In this document: in pieces, positions 1 to 8,131 of the stretch
Layout: every line of letters begins with the position of its first letter
How positions within the stretch are numbered: position 1 is the first letter of the stretch
IMG/VR virus record: IMGVR_UViG_3300043184_000065
From: a virus
Length of the DNA stretch: 35,734 nucleotides
Reading direction: 5' to 3' (one strand)
Translations under genes and position numbers: made by a program
The notes under the pieces: model-generated
What the model was told of the DNA's origin: nothing
Seen by the model: the letters and a program-made list of their open reading frames with translations, nothing else
The model's database searches: none

Positions 1-115
1 CCCGTGGCCAGCACCGTGGCCAGGCTCACCGCCACCACTGCGCCGACGCCCAGGTCGATCGCCCGGCCGGTGGCGGTCACCGTCGCCCGCGCGACATCGA
101 GCACGCGCGCCCGCA
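1..115. repeat. Terminal direct repeat, copy 1 (identical to 35620-35734); most likely a circular-assembly overlap
   Basis: Base-by-base comparison of cccgtggccagcaccgtggccaggctcacc...gagcacgcgcgcccgca at both ends. Confidence 0.9.
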
Positions 116-305
116 CCACGTCTACCGCCCGGCCCGAGGCCGTCAGCGTCGCCCGCGCGACATCGAGCACGCGCGCACGCACCACGTCCACCAGCCGCCC
201 CGTGGCCAGCACCGTCCCGCGCGGCACGTCGACCACGCGGGCGCGCAGCACCTCCACCAGCCGGCCGGTCGCCAGCGCGGTCGCGCGCGCCACGCTCAGC
301 GTCGT
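1..305 (-). repeat. Coding tandem repeats of 66-69 bp (22-23 aa units T-x-x-A-x-GR-x-VDVVRARVLDVARA); the array continues at about 35470-35619
   Basis: gtcgcccgcgcgacatcgagcacgcgcgc(c/a)cgcaccacgtc occurs at about 83 and about 148, and accagccgccccgtggccagcaccgt at about 191 and 35611. The translated protein shows about six repeat units. Confidence 0.8.
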
Positions 306-1151
306 GCCGCCCGGAGTCGCCGCGCCGATCCACACGCGATCGGGCTCGAACAGCTGCCACGGGTTGGCGCTGAGCGCCCGCAATTCGTGCAGCAGCAACT
401 CGCGGTCCCAAACGGCGGCGAAGGCGATGTCCATGCTCGCCGTGTCAGGCCCCCCCGCATCGGGCCACAACGGATGGTAGCCGATGGCACCAACGCTACC
501 CGACCACAACGAGTTGAAGGTGCCGGCTCGCGGATTGCTGCCATCCGTCACATCTGCCATGGCCGAATTCGGAGTGCCGACGTAAATGCGTGCAGCCGAA
601 AACACGGTCTCAGATGCAGGGTACGTGGCCGCGACCCAATACCATTGATTAGTCGCCACTGTTGTGGTCGAATTAACCCCGTTTGCGGTGAAGTCAACAT
701 CTGCACCGAACCAAAAGCGCGGTAGCCCGCCGGTCACAAAGTCCGTGGTCGAAACGCACAGGGTCGGGGATACCGCCGGACCAACGTCGCGCTGCGTGTA
801 AAGCGTTGCGCCGCGGTCGGTTGCAGCAGAGGAAAATATCGTACCGTTAAAGTCGTTCAGCCGAACCAAGAACAACAGGCTGATCGCGCGGTTCGACGCT
901 GATGCCACGACAGGCGCCCCGGTCGTGACAACGGGTGCGCGCGCCACCTCTCGCGCGCCAATGGCTCGACCGTAGGGCGTCGCCACAGGCACGTAATTGC
1001 CGCCGCCGGGTCTGAACTGCTGGCTGGCAGCGTTTAGCGCGCCGGCGCCATCCGCCAGCATGAGCGCACGCAGGCCACCCGCCGAGGGGTGCGTCGGGTC
1101 CAGCGGCGTGCCCGCAGGCGGCTGCGACGTGCGTGGCAGAGCCAGCCACAT
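1..1151 (-). CDS. LamG / concanavalin-A-like lectin-fold virion protein, 5' portion of a junction-spanning gene (continues 35619..35460; 1311 nt, 436 aa in total)
   Basis: Manual minus-strand translation from ATG 1151 (absent from the ORF track because it runs off the window edge): MWLALPRTSQPPAGTPLDPTHPSAGGLRALMLADGAG... LamG-type motifs NQWYWVAATY..ARIYVGT and AAVWDRELLLHELRALSANPWQLF are present. 1151-104 is divisible by 3, so the frame joins ORF 35460..35723. Confidence 0.75.
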   Translation of the reverse strand, partial: MWLALPRTSQPPAGTPLDPTHPSAGGLRALMLADGAGALNAASQQFRPGGGNYVPVATPYGRAIGAREVARAPVVTTGAPVVASASNRAISLLFLVRLNDFNGTIFSSAATDRGATLYTQRDVGPAVSPTLCVSTTDFVTGGLPRFWFGADVDFTANGVNSTTTVATNQWYWVAATYPASETVFSAARIYVGTPNSAMADVTDGSNPRAGTFNSLWSGSVGAIGYHPLWPDAGGPDTASMDIAFAAVWDRELLLHELRALSANPWQLFEPDRVWIGAATPGGTTLSVARATALATGRLVEVLRARVVDVPRGTVLATGRLVDVVRARVLDVARATLTASGRAVDVVRARVLDVARATVTATGRAIDLGVGAVVAVSLATVLAT

Positions 1152-1154
1152 GGC

Positions 1155-1520
1155 TCAGACTCCGCTGATCTGGTCTGCCCGCGCCTCGACTGTGACGGCC
1201 TGCCCCGTGTTGCCGGTGAACACCACCCGAATGAATCGCAGCGCAGGATTTATTGATAGCTGGAAATCGCCGACGGCGCTGGCCGTCGTGCTGTGGCTGA
1301 TGGTGGGCGTGGCAGCGCGCGCGTTCGTCCCGCTGCTGTCGTCCGCCCGCTCCAGCCGCACGGCGCAGGCTGCGGTTGGCCCGGTGCCGCCGTTGCTGAT
1401 GCGCGCAAACACCACGCCGCCGTAATTCGCGCTGACGTCCAGCCAAGCGCTATTCGTGGTGGCGCCGGCCGCATTGCTGACACTCGCCTGCAGGACTGTG
1501 TTGATTTTTGTCGCGGGCAT
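1155..1520 (-). CDS. Hypothetical small virion-module protein (121 aa)
   Basis: ATG 1520 shares its A with the upstream stop (TGATG), with GGAGG 7 nt upstream. MPATKINTVLQASVSNAAGATTNSAWLDV... is Ser/Thr/Gly/Ala-rich. No family recognised. Confidence 0.65.
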   Translation of the reverse strand: MPATKINTVLQASVSNAAGATTNSAWLDVSANYGGVVFARISNGGTGPTAACAVRLERADDSSGTNARAATPTISHSTTASAVGDFQLSINPALRFIRVVFTGNTGQAVTVEARADQISGV

Positions 1521-2032
1521 CAGAACCTCCTGGTGCCGTCTGGCGCGAACAGCGCGGCCGAGACATCCGCCTCGGTGGCGGCGCGGCCGAGCAGGCGCTG
1601 GGCATCCGTGCCGCGACCAAGAGGCAGGGTCCGAAGTGCGGCGGCGTGTGGCGCGCCGATCCAGCGGGCGTGCTCCAAAGCAGCAATCTGCGCTTCGTAC
1701 TGCGCCATGAAATCCGGCCGCCACAGGTCCAGCTCGGTGCGGTCGCGCAGCACCGAGATCACCGTGAGCGCCAGCACCTTGGCCTCGAAAGCGGCACCCG
1801 ACGGCTCGGCCAGTGTGAGATCAGCACAGGCGGTGATGACGCCCCAGCCGCCCGACGCCTCCAGCACGGCCCGCACCTCGCTGGTGCGCACGGTGCCGGG
1901 GCCCGACGGTGCGTTGACGCGCGCCAAAAATGGCGCAACCACGTCGACCTTATCCGGGTCTGACGAGCGGAACTGCGCCACCAGCTCGGCATAGGCCGGG
2001 GTGGCGAACAGGGTGTGAAGGGCCTCGCTCAT
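1520..2032 (-). CDS. Hypothetical protein (170 aa)
   Basis: ATG 2032 overlaps the upstream stop as ATGA. Sequence: MSEALHTLFATPAYAELVAQFRSSDPDK... The longer track ORF 1520..2524 is an Arg-rich extension overlapping its neighbour. Confidence 0.65.
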   Translation of the reverse strand: MSEALHTLFATPAYAELVAQFRSSDPDKVDVVAPFLARVNAPSGPGTVRTSEVRAVLEASGGWGVITACADLTLAEPSGAAFEAKVLALTVISVLRDRTELDLWRPDFMAQYEAQIAALEHARWIGAPHAAALRTLPLGRGTDAQRLLGRAATEADVSAALFAPDGTRRF

Positions 2033-2478
2033 GGCGTCCTCGTGAAGTCGATCAAGCGGCCGCTGGTGGCGCCCCGGATGGTCAGCGGGCCGGCCACATT
2101 GCCGAAGTCGCTGCCCAGTTGCTCGTAGCCGATCAGCCCGCTGGTCGAGGGCGTGCCGGTGTCGCGCGCCCACACGATGGTGCGGCCGGTGCTGAACCCG
2201 CTGCCGGACTGGGCGATGACGATGTCGTTGTGCGCCCAGCGCACTTCGCCGCTCACCAGCGTCAGGGTCAGCCCCGCACAGGTGATGCCGCCCGCCGTGT
2301 AGTTGGTGCCCGACACCTGGTTGGCGCCAAGGTTCAGGTCGGTGATGACCGCATGCGCCGCGCGGTCGGGCGTGTAGCTGGCGGTGAGGATGATCGCTTT
2401 GATCGTGTCGCTGTCCAGGTCGATCGGACTGCCGTTGACCTGCCGCAGCAGAAAATTGTCGTAGAGCGTCATGGTCAT
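2029..2478 (-). CDS. Hypothetical protein (149 aa)
   Basis: ATG 2478 overlaps the upstream stop (ATGA). Sequence: MTMTLYDNFLLRQVNGSPIDLDSDTIKAIILTASYTPD...GTNYTAGG... Function unknown. Confidence 0.7.
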   Translation of the reverse strand: MTMTLYDNFLLRQVNGSPIDLDSDTIKAIILTASYTPDRAAHAVITDLNLGANQVSGTNYTAGGITCAGLTLTLVSGEVRWAHNDIVIAQSGSGFSTGRTIVWARDTGTPSTSGLIGYEQLGSDFGNVAGPLTIRGATSGRLIDFTRTP

Positions 2479-2696
2479 GCTGGCTGCGCCTCCCGCGCCT
2501 GCTTGAGCGCACGGTAATAGTCACGCCACGCCGTCAGCTCGGCGATCCGCTCGGGCCCCTTGGTGCACTGCGCCAGCGCCGTCTCGAACCGCGCGATGTG
2601 CGCGTCGAGGTCGTCCGGCGCCGGGCCGGACACCACCACGGCGTCCGGATCAGCCGGCGCCGCCGCTTTGAACCATCGAAACACTTTCATGGCCAT
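2475..2696 (-). CDS. Hypothetical small helical protein (73 aa)
   Basis: MAMKVFRWFKAAAPADPD...WRDYYRALKQAREAQPA. Alternative ATG 2690 has better spacing to GAAGGG. Confidence 0.6.
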   Translation of the reverse strand: MAMKVFRWFKAAAPADPDAVVVSGPAPDDLDAHIARFETALAQCTKGPERIAELTAWRDYYRALKQAREAQPA

Positions 2697-2705
2697 CCCT
2701 TCCGG

Positions 2706-3014
2706 TCAGACGTTGGAAATCACCGCGAGGCGCATCGCGGTCAGGCCCGGATCGACCCCGAAGAAGCGGGTGTCGCCAGCGGCCATGCGCGCGTCGGCCG
2801 CTGTGGCCGTGGGCGCCGCGCCGACCCGGTAGGAGCAGATCACATCGCTGTGGATCATCACGAACCGGGTCTTGGCGTTGAACGGCGCACTGAGCGCGCT
2901 CGAGCCGCTGATGGCGATCTTCTGGCTCGCGATCGGCGGTTCTTCCGGCGCCGGCAGCAGCCCGCGCGTGTCGAGCGCCTGGCGGGCATATTCGGAAATG
3001 TAGAGATCAGGCAT
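2706..3014 (-). CDS. Hypothetical protein (102 aa)
   Basis: ATG 3014 is preceded by GAGGAGA with a 5-nt spacer. Sequence: MPDLYISEYARQALDTRGLLPAPEEPP... The track ORF 2706..3173 extension is rejected. Confidence 0.7.
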   Translation of the reverse strand: MPDLYISEYARQALDTRGLLPAPEEPPIASQKIAISGSSALSAPFNAKTRFVMIHSDVICSYRVGAAPTATAADARMAAGDTRFFGVDPGLTAMRLAVISNV

Positions 3015-3024
3015 GACAGTCTCC

Positions 3025-3471
3025 TCAGAACAGGATGGCGCCGCGCGGAAAGCCGTACACCTGCCCGGCCTGCAGCGGCATGCCGTGCAGCACCAGGCAC
3101 TCGGCAACGATGGCGCCGTCCACCACCAGACCGAAAGCGAGCAGCGTCTGACCGGCCGTCTCGGGCCCGACATCGCTGATCGTCACGTCTTGGCGATACA
3201 GCACGCCGTGAGGGCCAACGTCCCAGTCCTCCGGCGCGGCATCGATAGGGTTGAGCCCCGGCAAGACGTCGCCGATCCCGTCCAGCATCACGATCTGGGT
3301 CGGGCGCTGCACAGCCTCACAAACGACCGCGCGCAGCTTGGCCACCAGCCGCTCATAGGCAGCATTGGAGACCCACGGACCAGCAGGCGCCGGATCGTCA
3401 GGTGGTGAGCCCGGGTCCAGCGCCGGATCGTCAGTCGGCGGCGCGGGGGGTGTCTCTTTGGGTTTCGACAT
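3025..3471 (-). CDS. Hypothetical protein (148 aa), Pro/Asp-rich N-terminus
   Basis: ATG 3471 is preceded by AGGAGA with a 6-nt spacer. Alternative ATG 3486 overlaps the upstream stop. Sequence: MSKPKETPPAPPTDDPALDPG... Confidence 0.65.
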   Translation of the reverse strand: MSKPKETPPAPPTDDPALDPGSPPDDPAPAGPWVSNAAYERLVAKLRAVVCEAVQRPTQIVMLDGIGDVLPGLNPIDAAPEDWDVGPHGVLYRQDVTISDVGPETAGQTLLAFGLVVDGAIVAECLVLHGMPLQAGQVYGFPRGAILF

Positions 3472-3482
3472 GGCAGGTCTCC

Positions 3483-3698
3483 TCATTGACCGGTCAGGAT
3501 CTTGGCAGGGGTAGTGGGTGCCTCGGCCCCCATGGGGCCCAGCAGCATGTCGGCCGCCGAACCGCGCCGCTTGCGCAGGTCGCGCTCGACGTCGGCGGCA
3601 ATCGCCGCGTCGTCGCGGCTCACGATCGGCACCGGGGCGGGCCGCTTGGGTGAACTCAGTCCCAGGATGCGGCCGACGCCGCTCACGATACCGGTCAT
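3483..3698 (-). CDS. Hypothetical small protein (71 aa)
   Basis: ATG 3698 overlaps the terL stop (ATGA). Sequence: MTGIVSGVGRILGLSSPKRPAPVP...PAKILTGQ. Confidence 0.55.
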   Translation of the reverse strand: MTGIVSGVGRILGLSSPKRPAPVPIVSRDDAAIAADVERDLRKRRGSAADMLLGPMGAEAPTTPAKILTGQ

Positions 3699-5188
3699 GC
3701 GCTGTCTCCGAAGGGGTGGTAGTCGTCGATCACGCGCACACCACCGCCGACCGGACGGCCGCCCGCCAGCGCGGTGCGGCCTTCGCCGCAGGCCAGGTGG
3801 AGATACTGGTCGGCGTCGGCGATGTGGCTGTAGTGGTTCTTCTGCGGCTTGTTCTCGTAGCGGCCGCCGCCGCACGCCAGCTGCACCCGCTGGTAGACGT
3901 AGCCGCTGTTGTAGGCCCGGCGCAGCACCCGGCAGCGCGGGCTCACCAGCGATCCCGGCTGGCCGTCGATCAGCCGCTTGAGCGGGCCGCGGACCGCCTC
4001 CAGCCGCACGGTCAGGTCGTTGGTGCGCGCCGGGCGGAACGGCACGCGCGTCTGGCGGGCGACGATCTGCATCCAGGTCGGCTCATGGCCCGAGCCATCG
4101 CTGCCGGTGTCGGCCGACGGGTCGCACACGCCCTGCACCTCCAGCCCGTCGAACCGCTCGCGCAGCACCTGCAGGATCATGTCGGCAAACCGGGTCGGCC
4201 CGGCCGCCGTCACCTCGCCGTCCGCACCCGGCAGGATCGCGATTTCGTCCAGCCGGATGATCCGCCCCGTCGCCAGCCGCTGGCCGAACACCGCCGCCGG
4301 GGTGAGTCCCGCGTCCGCGCCGATCAGCAGCGGCAGGCCGCGCACCGGCTGCAGATCGTGCGCCGCCACATGGATCGCGTCGCTGAACTCCGGATAGACC
4401 GGCGTGCCGTTGCGCACCGCCCCGAACTGATTGTCGATCATGCGCCGGATGTAGTCTTGGCTGGCGCCGATCATCTGGACGTCGTAGTAACTCCGGCCCT
4501 CCGGCAGGTTGTGCAGGTTTTCCGCACCCGGCTCGCGCCCACCCGGCTGGCGCCAGAACTTGATCGCGTCGTAACTCAGCGACGGCGGCAGCTCGAAGGC
4601 TCGGTCCACCAGCAACTCATAGGTCCAGCTGTCGGTATCGGGGGCGTTGAAGTCCATGATGATCGCGGCATAGGCACAGCCGCCCAGGCGCGTGGACGGG
4701 TAGCGCCCGATGCGGCCCAGCGCGTACTTCAGCACGTCGCGGTGCAGGCGGTCGGCTTCGTTCAGCCAGAAAATCGTCACCTCCAGCCCGCGCAGCACGT
4801 CCTCGACGCGCTTGTCGCCGATGGCGATGAAGATCATTTCCAGATGCACCAGCGCATCGTCGGACAGCCTGAAGGTCAGCTCGTGGGTGCGCGGGCTGTC
4901 GCCGACCCATTTGCCGACCTCCTTGGGGAACCACGTATGCCAGCTGGCGATCGTGGTTGAGTCGAGTGCCGGATAGGTGTCGCGCACCACGGCAATCCGG
5001 CAGTAGCGGTGACCGTCTGGCGCCGGCGCCTGGCGCAGCGCCGCCATCACGCACTTCTGGATGCACGCAGTCGTTTTCCCGGAGCCCACGGGCCCCATGA
5101 TGGCGTCGATGATCGCGGTCGAGCGCACGAACGCGCCGGCCACCGGGCCGGCCGGATCGAGCGCCAGCAGGTTGGACGCGCCGCTCAC
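3695..5188 (-). CDS. terL: Terminase large subunit
   Basis: 497 aa. Walker A GPVGSGKT, Walker-B-like IFWLNEAD, and C-terminal nuclease-type motifs LLIGADAG, VCDPSA and HIADADQY. Confidence 0.9.
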   Translation of the reverse strand: MSGASNLLALDPAGPVAGAFVRSTAIIDAIMGPVGSGKTTACIQKCVMAALRQAPAPDGHRYCRIAVVRDTYPALDSTTIASWHTWFPKEVGKWVGDSPRTHELTFRLSDDALVHLEMIFIAIGDKRVEDVLRGLEVTIFWLNEADRLHRDVLKYALGRIGRYPSTRLGGCAYAAIIMDFNAPDTDSWTYELLVDRAFELPPSLSYDAIKFWRQPGGREPGAENLHNLPEGRSYYDVQMIGASQDYIRRMIDNQFGAVRNGTPVYPEFSDAIHVAAHDLQPVRGLPLLIGADAGLTPAAVFGQRLATGRIIRLDEIAILPGADGEVTAAGPTRFADMILQVLRERFDGLEVQGVCDPSADTGSDGSGHEPTWMQIVARQTRVPFRPARTNDLTVRLEAVRGPLKRLIDGQPGSLVSPRCRVLRRAYNSGYVYQRVQLACGGGRYENKPQKNHYSHIADADQYLHLACGEGRTALAGGRPVGGGVRVIDDYHPFGDSA

Positions 5189-7062
5189 CCGACATCCTCC
5201 GGATCAGCGCCCAGCACCGCCGAGACGGGCACCAGCACGCACCGCATCTGCATGCCGCCGACGCGGACGTTTTTGGTGGCCAGCGCCCCGTCAACCCGGC
5301 GCAGCGACTGGGACCACACGCCGGCGGCACCGGAGCGGGCCGCCCAGTGGCTGGCCTCGAACACCCGCGCGGTGCCCTGGTGGGCGTGCGCCACCGCCAG
5401 ATAGCGCACGCCGTCGTGCTCGACCACGCGCAGGCCGATCTTGCCCAGGGCTTCGGCGGCGGCCTCGCGGGCCGGCTGGTCCGGCATCGGCATCGCAATC
5501 TGGTCGCGCAGCATCGCCTGGTGCTGGTCGATCCACGACGCCACCGTGCGCGGCACGCCGCCGCCCGCCAGCATCACCAGGCTGGAGCCCAGATAGGCGC
5601 AGCAACGCTGGCTGTCCGACACATCCTCGGACTGCTCGGCCAAAGTTTCCGCGCGCAGCAGGGCGGCCCATTCGTTCACGGTTTCCGCCACCGGCAAACC
5701 CTCGAACAGCAGCAGGTCGGCAGCGGCCAGCAGCGTGCCGAACTGGTCGGCCGAGCGGCCGCCATGACCCACCGCGATCAGCGCCTCGCGCATGGTCTGC
5801 AGCGTCTGTTCCCAGCGGTGCCACTGGTCGAGCAGCCGGCGGTAGAGTCGACTGCCCAGCTCGCGCAGGGCGCGCGGCTGCAGCTTGGGCTGCACCGACC
5901 CGCGCGGCAGCTTCTGCAGGTCGAGGATCGCCAGGCGCGACTTGTCCTGCCCCAGGAGCGGCGGCATCAGGATCGACGAAAACAGGAAGCACGACCGGGC
6001 GGTGAACTCGTGGCCGGTGTGGTCCTGGCCGCCCCGGAAAATCTGGCCACCCGAGGCCGCCTGGCGCGCCAGCTTGATCAGCGACTGGGTGCGGCGGTTG
6101 TCCTCCTCCGCTTCCAGCTCGTCGATCGCCACCGGATAGGTCTGCTGGCCCAGCAGCTGGCGGATCGCCGCTTCGGTGGTGTCGGTGGTCGACAGCAGGC
6201 CGCCGCCGAACAGGCCCCGGATCAGCTCCTGCAGCGTCGACTTGCCGGTCGCCTTGTCGCCCGTGATCCACACCAGCGGCCGCCACTTCAGGGCGCCGCC
6301 CAGCCGCGCCGCGCCGATCCAGCCCAGCAGCAGCAGCGCATCAATGTCGGGGCGCGTCCAACTCCAGCTGTTCAGCAGCGCCAGCACCTCCTCGCCCGGC
6401 GCGGTGGTCTGGGTCACATCCGCCGGGCGCGGACCCGGCGGCGCGGTCGGATAGACCAGATCGTCGTAGACACCCGGACGACGCCAGTCGTTGTCCCACC
6501 AGAGCCAGTCGCCGCAGTGCAGCACCAGCTGGCCGTCCTCATCCAGCCAGGTGCCGCGCCCGCGCACCTTCTCGCGCGCGTTCCACACGCCCTTGCGCGC
6601 CGCCGCCGCCATCAGCTGCTCGCCCGCTTCTTCGGGCTTCCAGCCGGTGTGCACCAGCTCGCCGCCCTTGCCCTGCTTCATGCGCGGCCAGGTGGTGTGG
6701 CAATAGTGGGTGTGCGGCGCGAACAGCGCCAGCAGGTCCTTGTTGCCGTGGTCGCGCGCCTTCAGGGCGCGCAGCTCGTTGAGGCTCGACAGGTAGTAGA
6801 AAACCCCGTTTTCCGTGCCCAGCGGCTGCACCGGGCAGTCCGCCGACAACGCACCCGGTTCCGGATCACGGCCCTGCCTGCGTCGGCTGCGGCCCGGCCC
6901 GGCCACCGGCGGCGGCCCCGCATCCTCGCGGCCGCCGCCCGGCGCTGGTTGGGATGTCGCGCGGGCGCCATCGTCCGGCGCTGGCCCCGCCAGCGGCGCC
7001 TGGTCGAACGCCGCCTGCATGTGCGACAGGCGATCGTCAGCCACCAGCGCCTCCCCGCACAT
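5185..7062 (-). CDS. Replicative helicase, DUF927 / SF3 (phage-plasmid primase-associated) type
   Basis: 625 aa. P-loop ITGDKATGKST, Walker B AIDELE, and N-terminal VQPLGTENGVFYYL. The stop overlaps the terL ATG (ATGA). Start is uncertain (7062 or 7020). Confidence 0.75.
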   Translation of the reverse strand: MCGEALVADDRLSHMQAAFDQAPLAGPAPDDGARATSQPAPGGGREDAGPPPVAGPGRSRRRQGRDPEPGALSADCPVQPLGTENGVFYYLSSLNELRALKARDHGNKDLLALFAPHTHYCHTTWPRMKQGKGGELVHTGWKPEEAGEQLMAAAARKGVWNAREKVRGRGTWLDEDGQLVLHCGDWLWWDNDWRRPGVYDDLVYPTAPPGPRPADVTQTTAPGEEVLALLNSWSWTRPDIDALLLLGWIGAARLGGALKWRPLVWITGDKATGKSTLQELIRGLFGGGLLSTTDTTEAAIRQLLGQQTYPVAIDELEAEEDNRRTQSLIKLARQAASGGQIFRGGQDHTGHEFTARSCFLFSSILMPPLLGQDKSRLAILDLQKLPRGSVQPKLQPRALRELGSRLYRRLLDQWHRWEQTLQTMREALIAVGHGGRSADQFGTLLAAADLLLFEGLPVAETVNEWAALLRAETLAEQSEDVSDSQRCCAYLGSSLVMLAGGGVPRTVASWIDQHQAMLRDQIAMPMPDQPAREAAAEALGKIGLRVVEHDGVRYLAVAHAHQGTARVFEASHWAARSGAAGVWSQSLRRVDGALATKNVRVGGMQMRCVLVPVSAVLGADPEDVG

Positions 7063-8131
7063 AGTCGTTCCAGTCCTTGCAGCCCGCCGGCGGCAGGGCG
7101 CGGCCGACGGTGAACCCGCGCGCGCGCAGCCGGGCCATCACGCTGTCGGTCAGGGCCGCCGCCGGCGAGCCGGGCGCGTCGTGCTGCCCGGCAATCAGCA
7201 CCGGGCCGGTGCCCGGGCGCAGCGGTAGCAGCGCGATGTTGGCCAGGCTCACCGCCGCGATGATCCGCTCGGCCGGCAGAGCCAGCGCCACCGACAAGGC
7301 ATCCTCGATACCTTCCGCCACGATCACCCGCCGGCCCGACGGCAGCTGGTGCAGGGGGCTGCGATCCGCACCCTTCCAGATCGGGATATAGCCACCCGAG
7401 AACTCGCCCAGCACCTTCTTGGGCGCCGTGAGCGCCGCCTTGGTCGCGGTGGCAGGGTCGAGGAACGTGCGGTGCGTGGCGATCTGGGCGCCGGCACCGT
7501 CCAGCACGGCCGCCAGCATCGCCGGGCCCATGGCGGCGGTTTCCGAGATCAGCACACTGTCGGCACAGCGCAGCGCCCCCGGCACCCGCCCCAGCCGCGC
7601 CAGCGAAATGCCGCGCTGATCCAGATACCGCGCCACCAGGTCGCCCGCCTGCACAGGCCGGGCACTCAGCCACAGGCCCCGCGCAGCGCGCTGCTTGCGC
7701 GCCCGGTCGACCTGCTGCTGGCGCTCCGCTTCGACCGCGATCCGCTGCGCCGCCTTGCGCGCCTTGGCCAGCGTCGCCGGGTCCATGCTTTCCAGCCCCA
7801 GCCAGCCCTTGGCCCAGCGCACCGCCGGTGCCCGGTCACCGCGGAACATCACCTCGGCGATCAGGTCCAATGGATCACCGCCCTGCCCGGACGCAAAGTC
7901 CTTCCACCAGCCAGCCTTGGCGCCACGCAAATGCACGCCCAGGCTCTGGCCCGGCTCGCCGGCCAGGTCGCCGCACCGCCACTCCGCGCCGTGCTGCCGC
8001 CCGTGGGGCAGCAGCTCGGCCGCCAGCGCCGGCATCCGGGCGCGCAGCATCGCCACCAACTCGCGGATTTCGATCAGCCCGCTGCCCCGATCGGCGCTCT
8101 GGAACGCGGCTGAGGCCTGCCCGCCGGTCAT
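7037..8131 (-). CDS. DNA primase, Toprim-domain (phage/plasmid type)
   Basis: ATG 8131, 364 aa. Motifs: EWRCGDLAGEPGQSLGVHLRGAKAGWWKDFASGQGGDPLDLIA, then Toprim VIVAEGIEDALS and DWND. The upstream 128 codons of track ORF 7037..8515 are low-complexity and rejected. Confidence 0.75.
   Translation of the reverse strand: MTGGQASAAFQSADRGSGLIEIRELVAMLRARMPALAAELLPHGRQHGAEWRCGDLAGEPGQSLGVHLRGAKAGWWKDFASGQGGDPLDLIAEVMFRGDRAPAVRWAKGWLGLESMDPATLAKARKAAQRIAVEAERQQQVDRARKQRAARGLWLSARPVQAGDLVARYLDQRGISLARLGRVPGALRCADSVLISETAAMGPAMLAAVLDGAGAQIATHRTFLDPATATKAALTAPKKVLGEFSGGYIPIWKGADRSPLHQLPSGRRVIVAEGIEDALSVALALPAERIIAAVSLANIALLPLRPGTGPVLIAGQHDAPGSPAAALTDSVMARLRARGFTVGRALPPAGCKDWNDYVRGGAGG

Noticed and set aside
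4-480. Plus-strand 158-aa ORF with STRARTTST repeats at the window start
   Set aside because: It is the antisense reading of the LamG gene's tandem repeats. The minus-strand frame yields a coherent LamG protein that continues in frame across the circular junction.
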